DNA of 64,000 nucleotides from Macrostomum lignano (taxonomy: Eukaryota). Position numbers and translations under genes: made by a program. The stretch lies in contig NIVC01001353.1 of NCBI GenBank assembly GCA_002269645.1, positions 143,906 to 207,905 on the forward strand, given 5' to 3'. The notes under the pieces were generated by a model, which saw nothing but the letters and a program-made list of their open reading frames with translations, was not told the DNA's origin and did no database searches. Shown in pieces: positions 48,901 through 60,200 of this stretch (position 1 is its first letter; each line of letters begins with the position of its first letter).

Positions 48901-51900
48901 CACCAAGTGAAAGGGAGAGACACCGAGTGAAAGGGAGAGACACCGCGTGAAAGAGAGAGACACCGTGTGAGAGGGAGAGACACCGAGTGAAAGGGAGAGA
49001 CACCGAGTAAAAGGGAGAGACACCGAGTGAGAGGGAGAGACACCGAGTGAAAGTGAGAGACACCGAGTGAAAGGGAGAGACACCGTGTGAGAGGGAGAGA
49101 CACCGAGTGAAAGGGAGAGACACCGAGTGAAAGGGAGAGACACCGTGTGAGAGGGAGAGACACCGAGTGAAAGGGAGAGACACCGTGTGAGAGGGAGAGA
49201 CACCGAGTGAGAGGGAGAGACACCGAGTGAAAGGGAGAGACACCGAGTAAAAGGGAGAGACACCGTGTGAGAGGGAGAGACACCGAGTGAAAGGGAGAGA
49301 CACCGAGTAAAAGGGAGAGACACCGAGTAAAAGGGAGAGACACCGAGTGAAAGGGAGAGACACCGAGTAAAAGGGAGAGACACCGTGTGAGAGGGAGAGA
49401 CACCGAGTGAAAGGGAGAGACACCGAGTGAAAGGGAGAGACACCGTGTGAGAGGGAGAGACACCGAGTGAAAGGGAGAGACACCGAGTGAGAGGGAGAGA
49501 CACCGAGTGAAAGGGAGAGACACCGAGTGAAAGGGAGAGACACCGAGTGAAAGGGAGAGACACCGAGTGAAAGGGAGAGACACCGAGTAAAAGGGAGAGA
49601 CACCGAGTAAAAGGGAGAGACACCGAGTGAAAGGGAGAGACACCGTGTGAGAGGGAGAGACACCGAGTGAAAGGGAGAGACACCGAGTGAAAGGGAGAGA
49701 CACCGTGTGAGAGGGAGAGACACCGAGTGAAAGGGAGAGACACCGTGTGAGAGGGAGAGACACCGAGTGAGAGGGAGAGACACCGAGTGAAAGGGAGAGA
49801 CACCGAGTGAAAGGGAGAGACACCGAGTAAAAGGGAGAGACACCGAGTGAAAGGGAGAGACACCGTGTGAGAGGGAGAGACACCGAGTGAGAGGGAGAGA
49901 CACCGAGTGAAAGGAAGAGACACCGAGTGAAAGGGAGAGACACCGTGTGAGAGGGAGAGACACCGAGTGAAAGGGAGAGACACCGAGCAAAAGGGAGAGA
50001 CACCGAGTGAAAGGGAGAGACACCGAGTGAAAGGGAGAGACACCGAGTGAAAGGGAGAGACACCGTGTGAGAGGGAGAGACACCGAGTGAAAGGGAGAGA
50101 CACCGAGTGAAAGGGAGAGACACCGTGTGAGAGGGAGAGACACCGAGTGAAAGGGAGAGACACCGAGTGAAAGGGAGAGACACCGAGTGAAAGGGAGAGA
50201 CACCGAGTGAAAGGGAGAGACACCGTGTGAGAGGGAGAGACACCGAGTGAAAGGGAGAGACACCGTATGAAAGGGAGAGACACCGAGTGAAAGGGAGAGA
50301 CACCGTGTGAGAGGGAGAGACACCGAGTGAAAGGAAGAGACACCGAGTGAAAGGGAGAGACACCGGGTGAAAGGGAGAGACACCGGGTGAAAGGGAGAGA
50401 CACCGAGTGAAAGGGAGAGACACCGGGTGAAAGGGAGAGACACCGGGTGAAAGGGAGAGACACCGAGTGAAAGGGAGAGACACTGGGTGAGAGGGAGAGA
50501 CACTGGGTGAGAGGGAGAGACACTGGGTGAGAGGGAGAGACACTGGGTGAGAGGGAGAGACACTGGGTGAGAGGGAGAGACACCGGGTTAGAGGGAGAGA
50601 CACTGGGTGAGAGGGAGAGACACTGGGTGAGAGGGAGAGACACCGGGTTAGAGGGAGAGACACTGGGTGAGAGGGAGAGACACTGGGTGAGAGGGAGAGA
50701 CACCGGGTTAGAGGGAGAGACACTGGGTGAGAGGGAGAGACACCGGGTTAGAGGGAGAGACACTGGGTGAGAGGGAGAGACACCGGGTTAGAGGGAGAGA
50801 CACTGGGTGAGAGGGAGAGACACCGAGTGAGAGGGAGAGACACCGAGTGAGAGGGAGAGACACCGAGTGAGAGGGAGAGACACCGAGTGAAAGGGAGAGA
50901 CACCGAGTGAAAGGGAGAGACACCGAGTGAGAGGGAGAGACACCGAGTGAAAGGGAGAGACACCGAGTGAAAGGGAGAGACACCGAGTGAAAGGGAGAGA
51001 CACCGTGTGAGAGGGAGAGACACCGTGTGAAAGGGAGAGACACCGTGTGAGAGGGAGAGACACCGAGTGAGAGGGAGAGACACCGAGTGAGAGGGAGAGA
51101 CACCGTGTGAGAGGGAGAGACACCGTGTGAAAGGGAGAGACACCGGGTGAAAGGGAGACACCGAGTGAAAGGGAGAGACACCGAGTGAAAGGGAGAGACA
51201 CCGGGTGAAAGGGAGAGACACCGAGTGAAAGGAAGAGACACCGAGTGAAAGGGAGAGACACCGGGTGAAAGGGAGAGACACCGGGTGAAAGGGAGAGACA
51301 CCGAGTGAAAGGGAGAGACACCGGGTGAAAGGGAGAGACACCGGGTGAAAGGGAGAGACACCGAGTGAAAGGGAGAGACACTGGGTGAGAGGGAGAGACA
51401 CTGGGTGAGAGGGAGAGACACTGGGTGAGAGGGAGAGACACCGGGTTAGAGGGAGAGACACTGGGTGAGAGGGAGAGACACTGGGTGAGAGGGAGAGACA
51501 CCGGGTTAGAGGGAGAGACACTGGGTGAGAGGGAGAGACACTGGGTGAGAGGGAGAGACACCGGGTTAGAGGGAGAGACACTGGGTGAGAGGGAGAGACA
51601 CCGGGTTAGAGGGAGAGACACTGGGTGAGAGGGAGAGACACCGGGTTAGAGGGAGAGACACTGGGTGAGAGGGAGAGACACCGGGTTAGAGGGAGAGACA
51701 CTGGGTGAGAGGGAGAGACACCGGGTTAGAGGGAGAGACACTGGGTGAGAGGGAGAGACACTGGGTGAGAGGGAGAGACACCGGGTTAGAGGGAGAGACA
51801 CCGGGTTAGAGGGAGAGACACTGGGTGAGAGGGAGAGACACCGGGTTAGAGGGAGAGACACTGGGTGAGAGGGAGAGACACCGGGTTAGAGGGAGAGACA

Positions 51901-53881
51901 CTGGGTGAGAGGGAGAGACACCGGGTTAGAGGGAGAGACACTGGGTGAGAGGGAGAGACACCGGGTTAGAGGGAGAGACACTGGGTGAGAGGGAGAGACA
52001 CCGGGTTAGAGGGAGAGACACTGGGTGAGAGGGAGAGACACCGGGTTAGAGGGAGAGACACTGGGTGAGAGGGAGAGACACCGGGTTAGAGGGAGAGACA
52101 CTGGGTGAGAGGGAGAGACACTGGGTGAGAGGGAGAGACACCGGGTTAGAGGGAGAGACACTGGGTGAGAGGGAGAGACACCAGCGTAGGCTTTCTGTTC
52201 ACCGGGGGGGGGCAAAATTTGTCCGGCGGACATAGTAACGCAAAGGCATGTCACTTTGCTATCAGTGCTTTAAAATCTTCTGGGTCGCGAATCGTCAGGG
52301 TGCAAAAGATTGGGGTGGCAGGTTGGTCAAGTCAATTAACTGATAAGGCGCTCATGAATGAGGCGGGGCGGAAGGACAGCATTTAGAGAGAATGTGTTTG
52401 ACTTGGGCGGCTGGCTAGTGAGGGTCGGAAAAGGTGCGGTCTAAGAATAAATCGATAAGTTACTGGCGTCACATCACATCGCGTACAGTACAGGCCCTAA
52501 GCAAATCTTTGTCTCTGCAGACTGATCCCTGTCCATTCTAATCTACAGTAGGATACCGGCTGAAAAGGAGAGACACCGGGAGAGAGTGAGACACCGGGAG
52601 AGAGTGAGACACCGGGAGAGAGTGAGACACCGGGAGAGAGTGAGACACCGGGAGAGAGTGAGACACCGGGAGAGAGTGAGACACCGGGAGAGAGTGAGAC
52701 ACCGGGAGAGAGTGAGACACCGGGAGAGAGTGAGACACCGGGAGAGAGTGAGACACCGGGAGAGAGTGAGACACCGGGAGAGAGTGAGACACCGGGAGAG
52801 AGTGAGACACCGGGAGAGAGTGAGACACCGGGAGAGAGTGAGACACCGGGAGAGAGTGAGACACCGGGAGAGAGTGAGACACGGGAGAGAGTGAGACACC
52901 GGGAGAGAGTGAGACACCGGGAGAGAGTGAGACACCGGGAGAGAGTGAGACACCGGGTGAGGAGAAAAGACACCGGGTGAGGAGAAAAGACACCGGGAGA
53001 GAGTGAGACACCGGGAGAGAGTGAGACACCGGGTGAGGAGAAAAGACACCGGGAGAGAGTGAGACACCGGGAGAGAGTGAGACACCGGGTGAGGAGAAAA
53101 GACACCGGGAGAGAGTGAGACACCGGGAGAGAGTGAGACACCGGGTGAGGAGAAAAGACACCGGGAGAGAGTGAGACACCGGAAGAGAGTGAGACACCGG
53201 GTGAGGAGAAAAGACACCGGGAGAGAAGGAGAGAGAAGGAGAGACACTGTGTGAGGAGAAGAGACACCGGGTGAGAGGGAGATACTGGGGTGAGACACCG
53301 GGTGAGAGGGAGATACTGGGCTGAGACACCGGGTGAGAGGGAGATACTGGGCTGAGACACCGGGCAATGGCTCACCTGCATGGCGCCAAAGACCAGGCTG
53401 GCATTGGCCAGCAGGTGGCGGAAGTCGCGCAGGCACTCGCAGTCCAGGTCGCAGTACAGGCCGCCATAGTGGTACATGTAGAACAGGCGGCTGACGTCAG
53501 CTCGCTGGACCCCGGGGCCAGAGAGTCATAGCGCCTCAGAAACCAGGGATAATGCCTCGCGATCAGCTGCCTGTTGTCCTCGTCGGTCCACAGGCGCCGG
53601 CGAAAGTCCGGGAAGCAGGCGGAGAAGCTGCGGGACCATTCGGCGAACTGCTCGGGCAGCTTGCGGCTCGCCCAGGACTGGTGCACAATGCGCACCAGCG
53701 GCCCAGAGAAGCCGGTGCTGAAGTTCCCCGCCGGAGCGCTCAGCCGGTGGAAAAGCGGCGGAGGCGAGTCTGGCTGCCTCAGTGGGAGAAACGAGACAAA
53801 TCGAACAACTATGAAGATGATGAAGGCCCAGATGCACGAGCTGAGTAAGAAGGCCCGCCGCGGTCGGCACAGCTTGTACAT
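45904..53881 (-). CDS. GT32 (DXD) glycosyltransferase, MIPC-synthase/OCH1-like, type II membrane protein, 3 exons, about 313 aa (needs one extra G at 53510-53513)
   Basis: Exons 53881-53376, 47388-47235 and 46184-45904. N-terminal TM anchor; motifs RIVHQSW, LWTDED, YPWFL, (V)QRADVSRLFYMYHYGGLYCDLD, ENSFMYSRPRHPFF, SSGP. A single-base frameshift falls in a G4 run. Confidence 0.82.
46250..47165. repeat. 16/17-bp minisatellite GAATCGCCCC(T)TATCTA, GT32 intron 2
   Basis: About 55 copies. Confidence 0.95.
47505..52182. repeat. 20-bp minisatellite GAGAGACACCG(A/T/G)GTGA(A/G)AGG, about 4.7 kb, GT32 intron 1
   Basis: About 230 copies, with an internal higher-order duplication (about 50330-50820 vs 51230-51680). 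Confidence 0.97.
52570..53364. repeat. 17-bp minisatellite GAGACACCGGGAGAGAGT and variants, GT32 intron 1 next to the donor
   Basis: Tandem copies ending about 11 nt from the 5' splice site. Confidence 0.95.
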
Positions 53882-54504
53882 CACGCCTTGCCAGCTGAGC
53901 ACTCAACTCAAGACGATGCACTCGCGAACGGTGGAACCGCTTCTCTAGCCTATGTCTATGGCAGCAAAGCCCTCTCGATGAAGAACTGGGCATTGAAGTT
54001 TCGCATTGATTTTATTTATGCCTTATAAATACATTAATTGTCAGTATTAGGAAGTACACGAGGAATAGAAAATATAACTGTCGTATAAAAAAGTATGAAG
54101 CAAATGTGCATGTAGACTTCTATAACCAAGTCTAACACAGTTTTTAAGCCAGCCCCCCGCTTGTACATTGGCCACGGCCCACCGATACAGGCAGAGAAAC
54201 TGCACTTGGCATCTGCCTGCCTGCTATTTGTCACATATAGAGCTCGCGAAAGCAAAATGTGTACAAAATAGCCAGACTGTGCGTGCGACCGCCTGCCATT
54301 GTGCTGAGTTTTTAATTCAGTGCGCGCCCTGCCACTCTTCAGTATTGGCGCATCTCTGTGCTTCCATTTTGGCCTGGCTTTGTCCGCTTGAAAAGTTTCC
54401 CGGCTCTCGGGGGCCTCGGAGCGCCCATCCTCAGGCCATCTCTGCCTCCTGCCTTGCTTGCCCTAGCCTACCATCTAAACCTGTCTGGTCACACAGCCTG
54501 CTCA

Positions 54505-54720
54505 TCTGTCTTTTACCCTGTCTCCTCACCCTGTCTGTCTCCTTACCTGTCTCCTCAACCTGTCTGTCTCTTTACCTGTCTCCTCACCCTGTCTGTCTCT
54601 TTACCTGTCTCCTCACCCTGTCTCCTCACCCTGTCTGTCTCTTTACCTGTCTCCTCACCCTGTCTCCTCACCCTGTCTGTCTCTTTACCTGTCTCCTCAC
54701 CCTGTCTCCTCACCCTGTCT
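54505..54720. repeat. Array TCTCCTCACCCTGTC (inverted relative to 55205-56490)
   Basis: Reverse complement GACAGGGTGAGGAGA matches the downstream unit GACAGGGTGAGAAGGAGA. Confidence 0.85.
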
Positions 54721-55204
54721 CCTTATCCCCTCTCCCTTCTCTCCTTCACCCTTTGTCTCCTCTACCTTGTCTCCTCATCTGTCTACTGCTCCCCTTGTCT
54801 CCTTCACACCCAGTCTCCTCATCCCTTGCTCTCATCATCTCACAATTCGCCAAAAGCAAAAAGCGAAAAGATTTTCCTTCAAAATTTTTACTGCAAGTTC
54901 TGCAACCCAAGTTTTCTGGATGCAAGAACAACCCCAAAAGTAGCAGTTGTCTGAAATGCAATTCTTTGTAGGATTAGAAGCAAAGAAGTGACTATAAGTT
55001 AAATGCTTCTGTTGAACTCGAAATAAGTTTTGTAAACTTATTAGAAATATGAGTGAAGTTTCCGGGAGTGTGGCGATTTTTACCGTGACGGGAATTTTTA
55101 CAGTTTATTGACTGTGATAGCGGAGACCGAGGCAGGGGAGAAAGGGATAGAGGTGAGAGCAAGATGGGAATGAGGGGAGAGAAAGTAGAAAGTCTCACGG
55201 TAGT

Positions 55205-56490
55205 AAGAAAGAGACAGGGTGAGAAGGAGACAGGGGGAGAAGGAGACAGGGGGAGAAGGGGACAGGGGGAGAAGGAGACAGGGGGAGAAGGAGACAAGAT
55301 GAGAAGGAGACAGGGTGAGAAGGAGACACGGTGAGAAAGGAGACAGGGTAAGAAGGAGACAGGGTGAGAAAGGAGACAGGGTAAGAAGGAGACAGGGTAA
55401 GAAGGAGACACGGTGAGAAAGGAGACAGGGTAAGAAGGAGACAGGGTAAGAAGGAGACAGGGTAAGAAGGAGACAGGGTAAGAAGGAGACAGGGTGAGAA
55501 AGGAGACAGGGTAAGAAGGAGACAGGGTGAGAAGGAGACAGGGGAGAAGGAGACAGGGTGAGAAGGAGACCGGGTGAGAAGGAGACAGGGTGAGAAGGAG
55601 ACAGGGTGAGAAGGAGACAGGGTGAGAAGGAGACAGGGTGAGAATGAGATGGGTGAGAAAGAGACAGGGTGAGAAGGAGATGGGTGAGAAGGAGACAGGG
55701 TGAGAAGGAGACACGGTGAGAAGGAGACAGGGTGAGAAGGAGACAGGGTGAGAAGGAGACAGGGTGAGAATGAGATGGGTGAGAAAGAGACAGGGTGAGA
55801 AGGAGATGGGTGAGAAGGAGACAGGGTGAGAAGGAGACACGGTGAGAAGGAGACAGGGTGAGAAGGAGACAGGGTGAGAAGGAGACACGGTGAGAAGGAG
55901 ACAGGGTGAGAAGGAGACAGGGTGAGAAGGAGACACGGTGAGAAGGAGACAGGGTGAGAAGGAGACACGGTGAGAAGGAGACAGGGTGAGAAGGAGACAG
56001 GGCGAGAAGGAGACAGGGTGAGAAGGAGACAGGGTGAGAAGAAGAAAGGGTGAGAAGGAGACAGGGTGAGAAGGAGACAGGGTGAGAAGGAGACCGGGTG
56101 AGAAGGAGACAGGGTGAGAAGGAGATGGGTGAGAAGGAGACAGGGTGAGAAGGAGACACGGTGAGAAGGAGACAGGGTGAGAAGGAGACAGGGTGAGAAG
56201 GAGACAGGGTGAGAATGAGATGGGTGAGAAAGAGACAGGGTGAGAAGGAGATGGGTGAGAAGGAGACAGGGTGAGAAGGAGACACGGTGAGAAGGAGACA
56301 GGGTGAGAAGGAGACAGGGTGAGAAGGAGACAGGTGAGAAGGAGACAGGTGAGAAGGAGACAGGGTGAGAAGGAGACAGGTGAGGGAGACACGGTGAGAA
56401 GGAGACAGGTGAGAAGGAGACAGGGTGAGAAGGAGACAGGGTGAGAAGGAGACAGGGTGAGAAGGAGACAGGGGAGAAGGAGACAGGGGA
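55205..56490. repeat. 16-bp minisatellite GGGTGAGAAGGAGACA
   Basis: About 80 copies. Confidence 0.95.
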
Positions 56491-57228
56491 ATGAGATATT
56501 CATTTCGGAAAGCATGAGCAAATCATAAACTAAAAATACATATTTTTATTTGTAGAAACATAGGTTGTCAATCTAATGTATCAGTGGAATATTATATATG
56601 TATGTTTTTGAAATATAAATTTTTTATTCTTTAGGACACTTTCACACAGACGAGGCTCGCATGGGGCAGGTTAATGTGTTTTACGATCGCATCGGAGATT
56701 TCATAAAGTTTTGACGAACAAAAATAAGAAAAGAAAGTTGATTAGTAAATTTCTCAGGGTCTCGGATAGAAGTGGGGGTTTCGCACATCTAATTGACAGG
56801 TGAAAAGGTGCTAGTAGTAAAAATAAATTCCCATGCGCAAACGGTTTGTTACTTTGCGAGGCTCACAAAGTAGGAACAAAAAGCAGACAGAGGCGCGAGA
56901 GAGAGAGAGAGAGACGGGAACATTTATTATTAATATTGTATAACTGGTTTGAAAAATAAGCGAAAATTCACTTTGTCACAAAATGAATGCCAGAGAAAAA
57001 ACACGGATCAGTCAGAGATTTAATGACAGCAGGGACACAGCGAGTCACACACAGAGTTTATGTTTGTCGGTCTTTATTGACCGGGGCTGGCGGCTGCTCA
57101 AAAGTAAAACCAACTCGGCTATTGTGCGATCGATTTTCAATAAACAAACAACATCCTTGATGAGTTTCTGTTCGATAATTCAAGCCAGCCAGCCCCCCAA
57201 TCCCGGCCGAGTTCGGTGCTCAAGCTGC

Positions 57229-60200
57229 TCACTCCACGGTGCCAGGCGGCGTGAACTTCTCAGTCCGCGGCGTGCCCGGCCTGTCCGCCTCCGTCTCCAC
57301 GCCCAGGTTGGCGCTGCTGCTGCGCAGGGAGCGGGCGGAGCCGGCCTGCAGGCGGCGCGGCTGTTCGAGGTCTCTTCTTCATCGTCCGAGTCGCGCTGCT
57401 GCTTCTTCGGCTTGCCGGAGTAATAGACCGGGGCGCTGGGCTGCTGCTGCTGCTGCTCTTGCGGCTTCTTCCCCTTCTGCTTCGGCGAGGAGGCGCTCTT
57501 GGCACGATGGCCACCTGGCTGCCGGTCTCGAAGCTGGTCTTGCTGGAGTTCTGCGGGTGGGCGTTGCGGGCAGAAATATAGTTATTTTAGTTAGTGAACT
57601 CAAGTACATGTACTAATCTGACTGTGAGAGGATGTCACTGGAGTCTCTTTGAAGCTAAATGCTCTAGTGGCTACAGTGGTATGATGGCGCTTACGATGTC
57701 CTGAACTCCGGTGATGCTGACAGAGGACGAGGCCACGCTGGAGCGGCTGCGGCGCAGGCAGATGACCTCCCTGAAGTCCGGGTTGAACAGGCCGAAGCAG
57801 ACGAACACCCAGATGCCCTGGGAGGCGTTGAAGATGACGAAGAAGTACTCTATGGGGATGTTGTACCACTGCACCAGCAGGATGCCGAACAGCCAGGCGA
57901 TGATCATCAGCGGGATGAGGAAGGCGCACTGGTGCGTGTGATTGCGCAGGTCGTTCAGGATATCTTTCCGCTTGATGGCCGGCTCGCTCAGGTTGCAGAC
58001 CACGATCAGGCAGACGAGCAGCGACAGGCAGCCGAAGGCCACGAGCGGGCCCAGGAAGGCCCAGATGTAGACGCCGGTGATCCAGCAGTGGGGGCCGCCG
58101 TAGGCGCCGCTGTTGATGCCTCCGACGATGCCGACGATGACCACGGGAATGAGCCAGGCCACGGGCAGCCACCACTTTAGGCGGCCGCGGATGATGCCCT
58201 TGGTGACGGCGTAGAACACCCAGAGCGACTCGATGAACAGCATGGCGAAGGTGGCCACGAAGAACAGGTGCATGATGATGGCGATCGCCTTGCAGAAGTC
58301 CGCGTTGTCGCGCGCGATCTGCGTGAACAGGAAGGCCAGCTGGGCCACGAACAGGGCGCCCGCCAGGTTCAGATGGATGATGTAGCGCTCGCCGCGCAGC
58401 CTCTTACTGCAGGCAATCACAATGATGAAGATGAGCAGGCAGATGAGCGACAAGATGATGAGGATGTAGGTCAGGATGCTGAGGATCCTGGCGTGGATGT
58501 TGTCCTCAGCCTGCGGCACGGGCTGCATGAGGATGGCGAAGCTGGTCATGTGGTCGCAGCGACAATTCACCGAGTCCTCGTCCTCGGAGTCCTTGTAGCA
58601 GCCCTCGGTGGACCACTTGTTCTCAGTCGGGTGCCAGAAGGCGCAGCGTGTCTCGTACTTCAAGGTGCCCTCCTTCTTCTTGAGGTTCGGGTCCAGCAGC
58701 ATGAGGGTGAAGTTCACCGGCTTGGGCGACACCGGCAGGCTGAGCCATAGAGACATGACGCGGCTGTTCACCTTCAGCTCGATGGTGCTGTTGACGATGT
58801 TCGAGTAGGTCGTTTCGTTGGTAGCCGAGTACGAGAGCAAATTTTCAACGCCGTCGTAAACGACGCAGACCATCAGGAAGTCGGAGACCGACGATGAAGC
58901 CAGGAAGTTCGGGATGTGCACCGCGTCCTTGGTCTTCTTCCAGTTTTTGTGCGTCTTGTCGTAGTAGCCGATCCGGTTGTTCTCCTTGCCTGAGCAGCCG
59001 GCCCGATCTTCTGCGTGCTCCAGTGCATCCCGCCCTCCGTCAGCAACACGGGCGAGCAATCGGTTTTCACGTTGCCAGCTAGCCGTATGGCGAAATTTTC
59101 AATGGAAGCGAAGATCGTCGCCGGGTTGATTGCGCCCTTGTCCACCAGGCCGCGGTAGCTGTCGGTGAATTTGGGGTCCAGGACGGCGCTGAACGCGCGG
59201 CTGAACTCCTTGACCGTAGCCAACAAGGTGTCGTTGTCCACCGTGCTGGGAATGACCAGGTTGTCGCAGACGCGGGTCAGGATGTTGAGCGAAGACTGGA
59301 TGAATCCCTGGGACACGCCTTTGGTCTTAGCCGTGTTGTAGATCACTCCGCAGGCTGTTTCGGTCTCAGTCAAGCTAGAGAACAGCTGGCCGCTCAGGTC
59401 AATGACGGCGACGTTGTCGAAGCGCGGGTCCAGGCACATGTTGTTCTCGATGGCCGACATGCAGGAGCTGGCGTTTTCGGGCATGCAGCTGGCCTCCAGT
59501 GTGGCTGTCGGCGTTGAGCAGTCGCCGGTGATCAGCTTCCTGTTTTTGTTCGGGTCCAGACAGTTCAGCGGCGACTCGTTCCAGATCACCAGATCGCTCG
59601 CCACAATCTGGACCGACGGGCTGCCAAAGCTGACTGTGGAGCCAGTCGGGAGGGCAGGTCGCGGGCGCTGAACTTGGTCGCAGCCCTGACGCGAATGCCG
59701 TTCTGGTACAGCTCGATGGCGTCGGAGCCCACGCTGATCGCGACATTCACCCACGTGTCGAATGCGACTTGGTCATGGTGCTTGCTGCCCTCGACGCGGC
59801 GGGACTTGCCATTGAGGTTGGCATCTGCCACAATGATGAAACCTTTGTTGTCGTCCTTCATGATTTTAACCTGCACGCCCTGCGCGGCATCGAAGCCGGT
59901 GTTGAACACCTCGACTTCGGTGTTGACGCTCAGACCGCTCGCCACCTTGAGCCAGAAGGAGAGCACAACGCCCTCCGGGCAGCCGGCGGCGGTGAAGAAG
60001 CACGCGTCCGTGCCGATGTCGACGCTTTCCTTCTGGCTGAAGAGCCGACTTTGGTTCGGCTTGTTGGCGTAGTTGGTCTGTCCGGCTGAGTACAGCGGGA
60101 CATGCACCGTCTGCTGCTCGTAGCAGTTCGCCGGGCCGACGTTCAAGTCTAGAGAGCCGGAGCTGCCCAGCAACTGGTACATGAACATGACTTCACTGAA

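Noticed and set aside
47459-51621. Very long ORFs (851-1077 aa) on the minus strand
   Set aside because: Read-through of a 20-bp stop-free satellite in all three frames, inside GT32 intron 1.
52497-52551. Possible extra GT32 exon in the unique island within intron 1
   Set aside because: It reaches a stop in the required phase, and exon 1 already joins 47388 in frame with conserved motifs.
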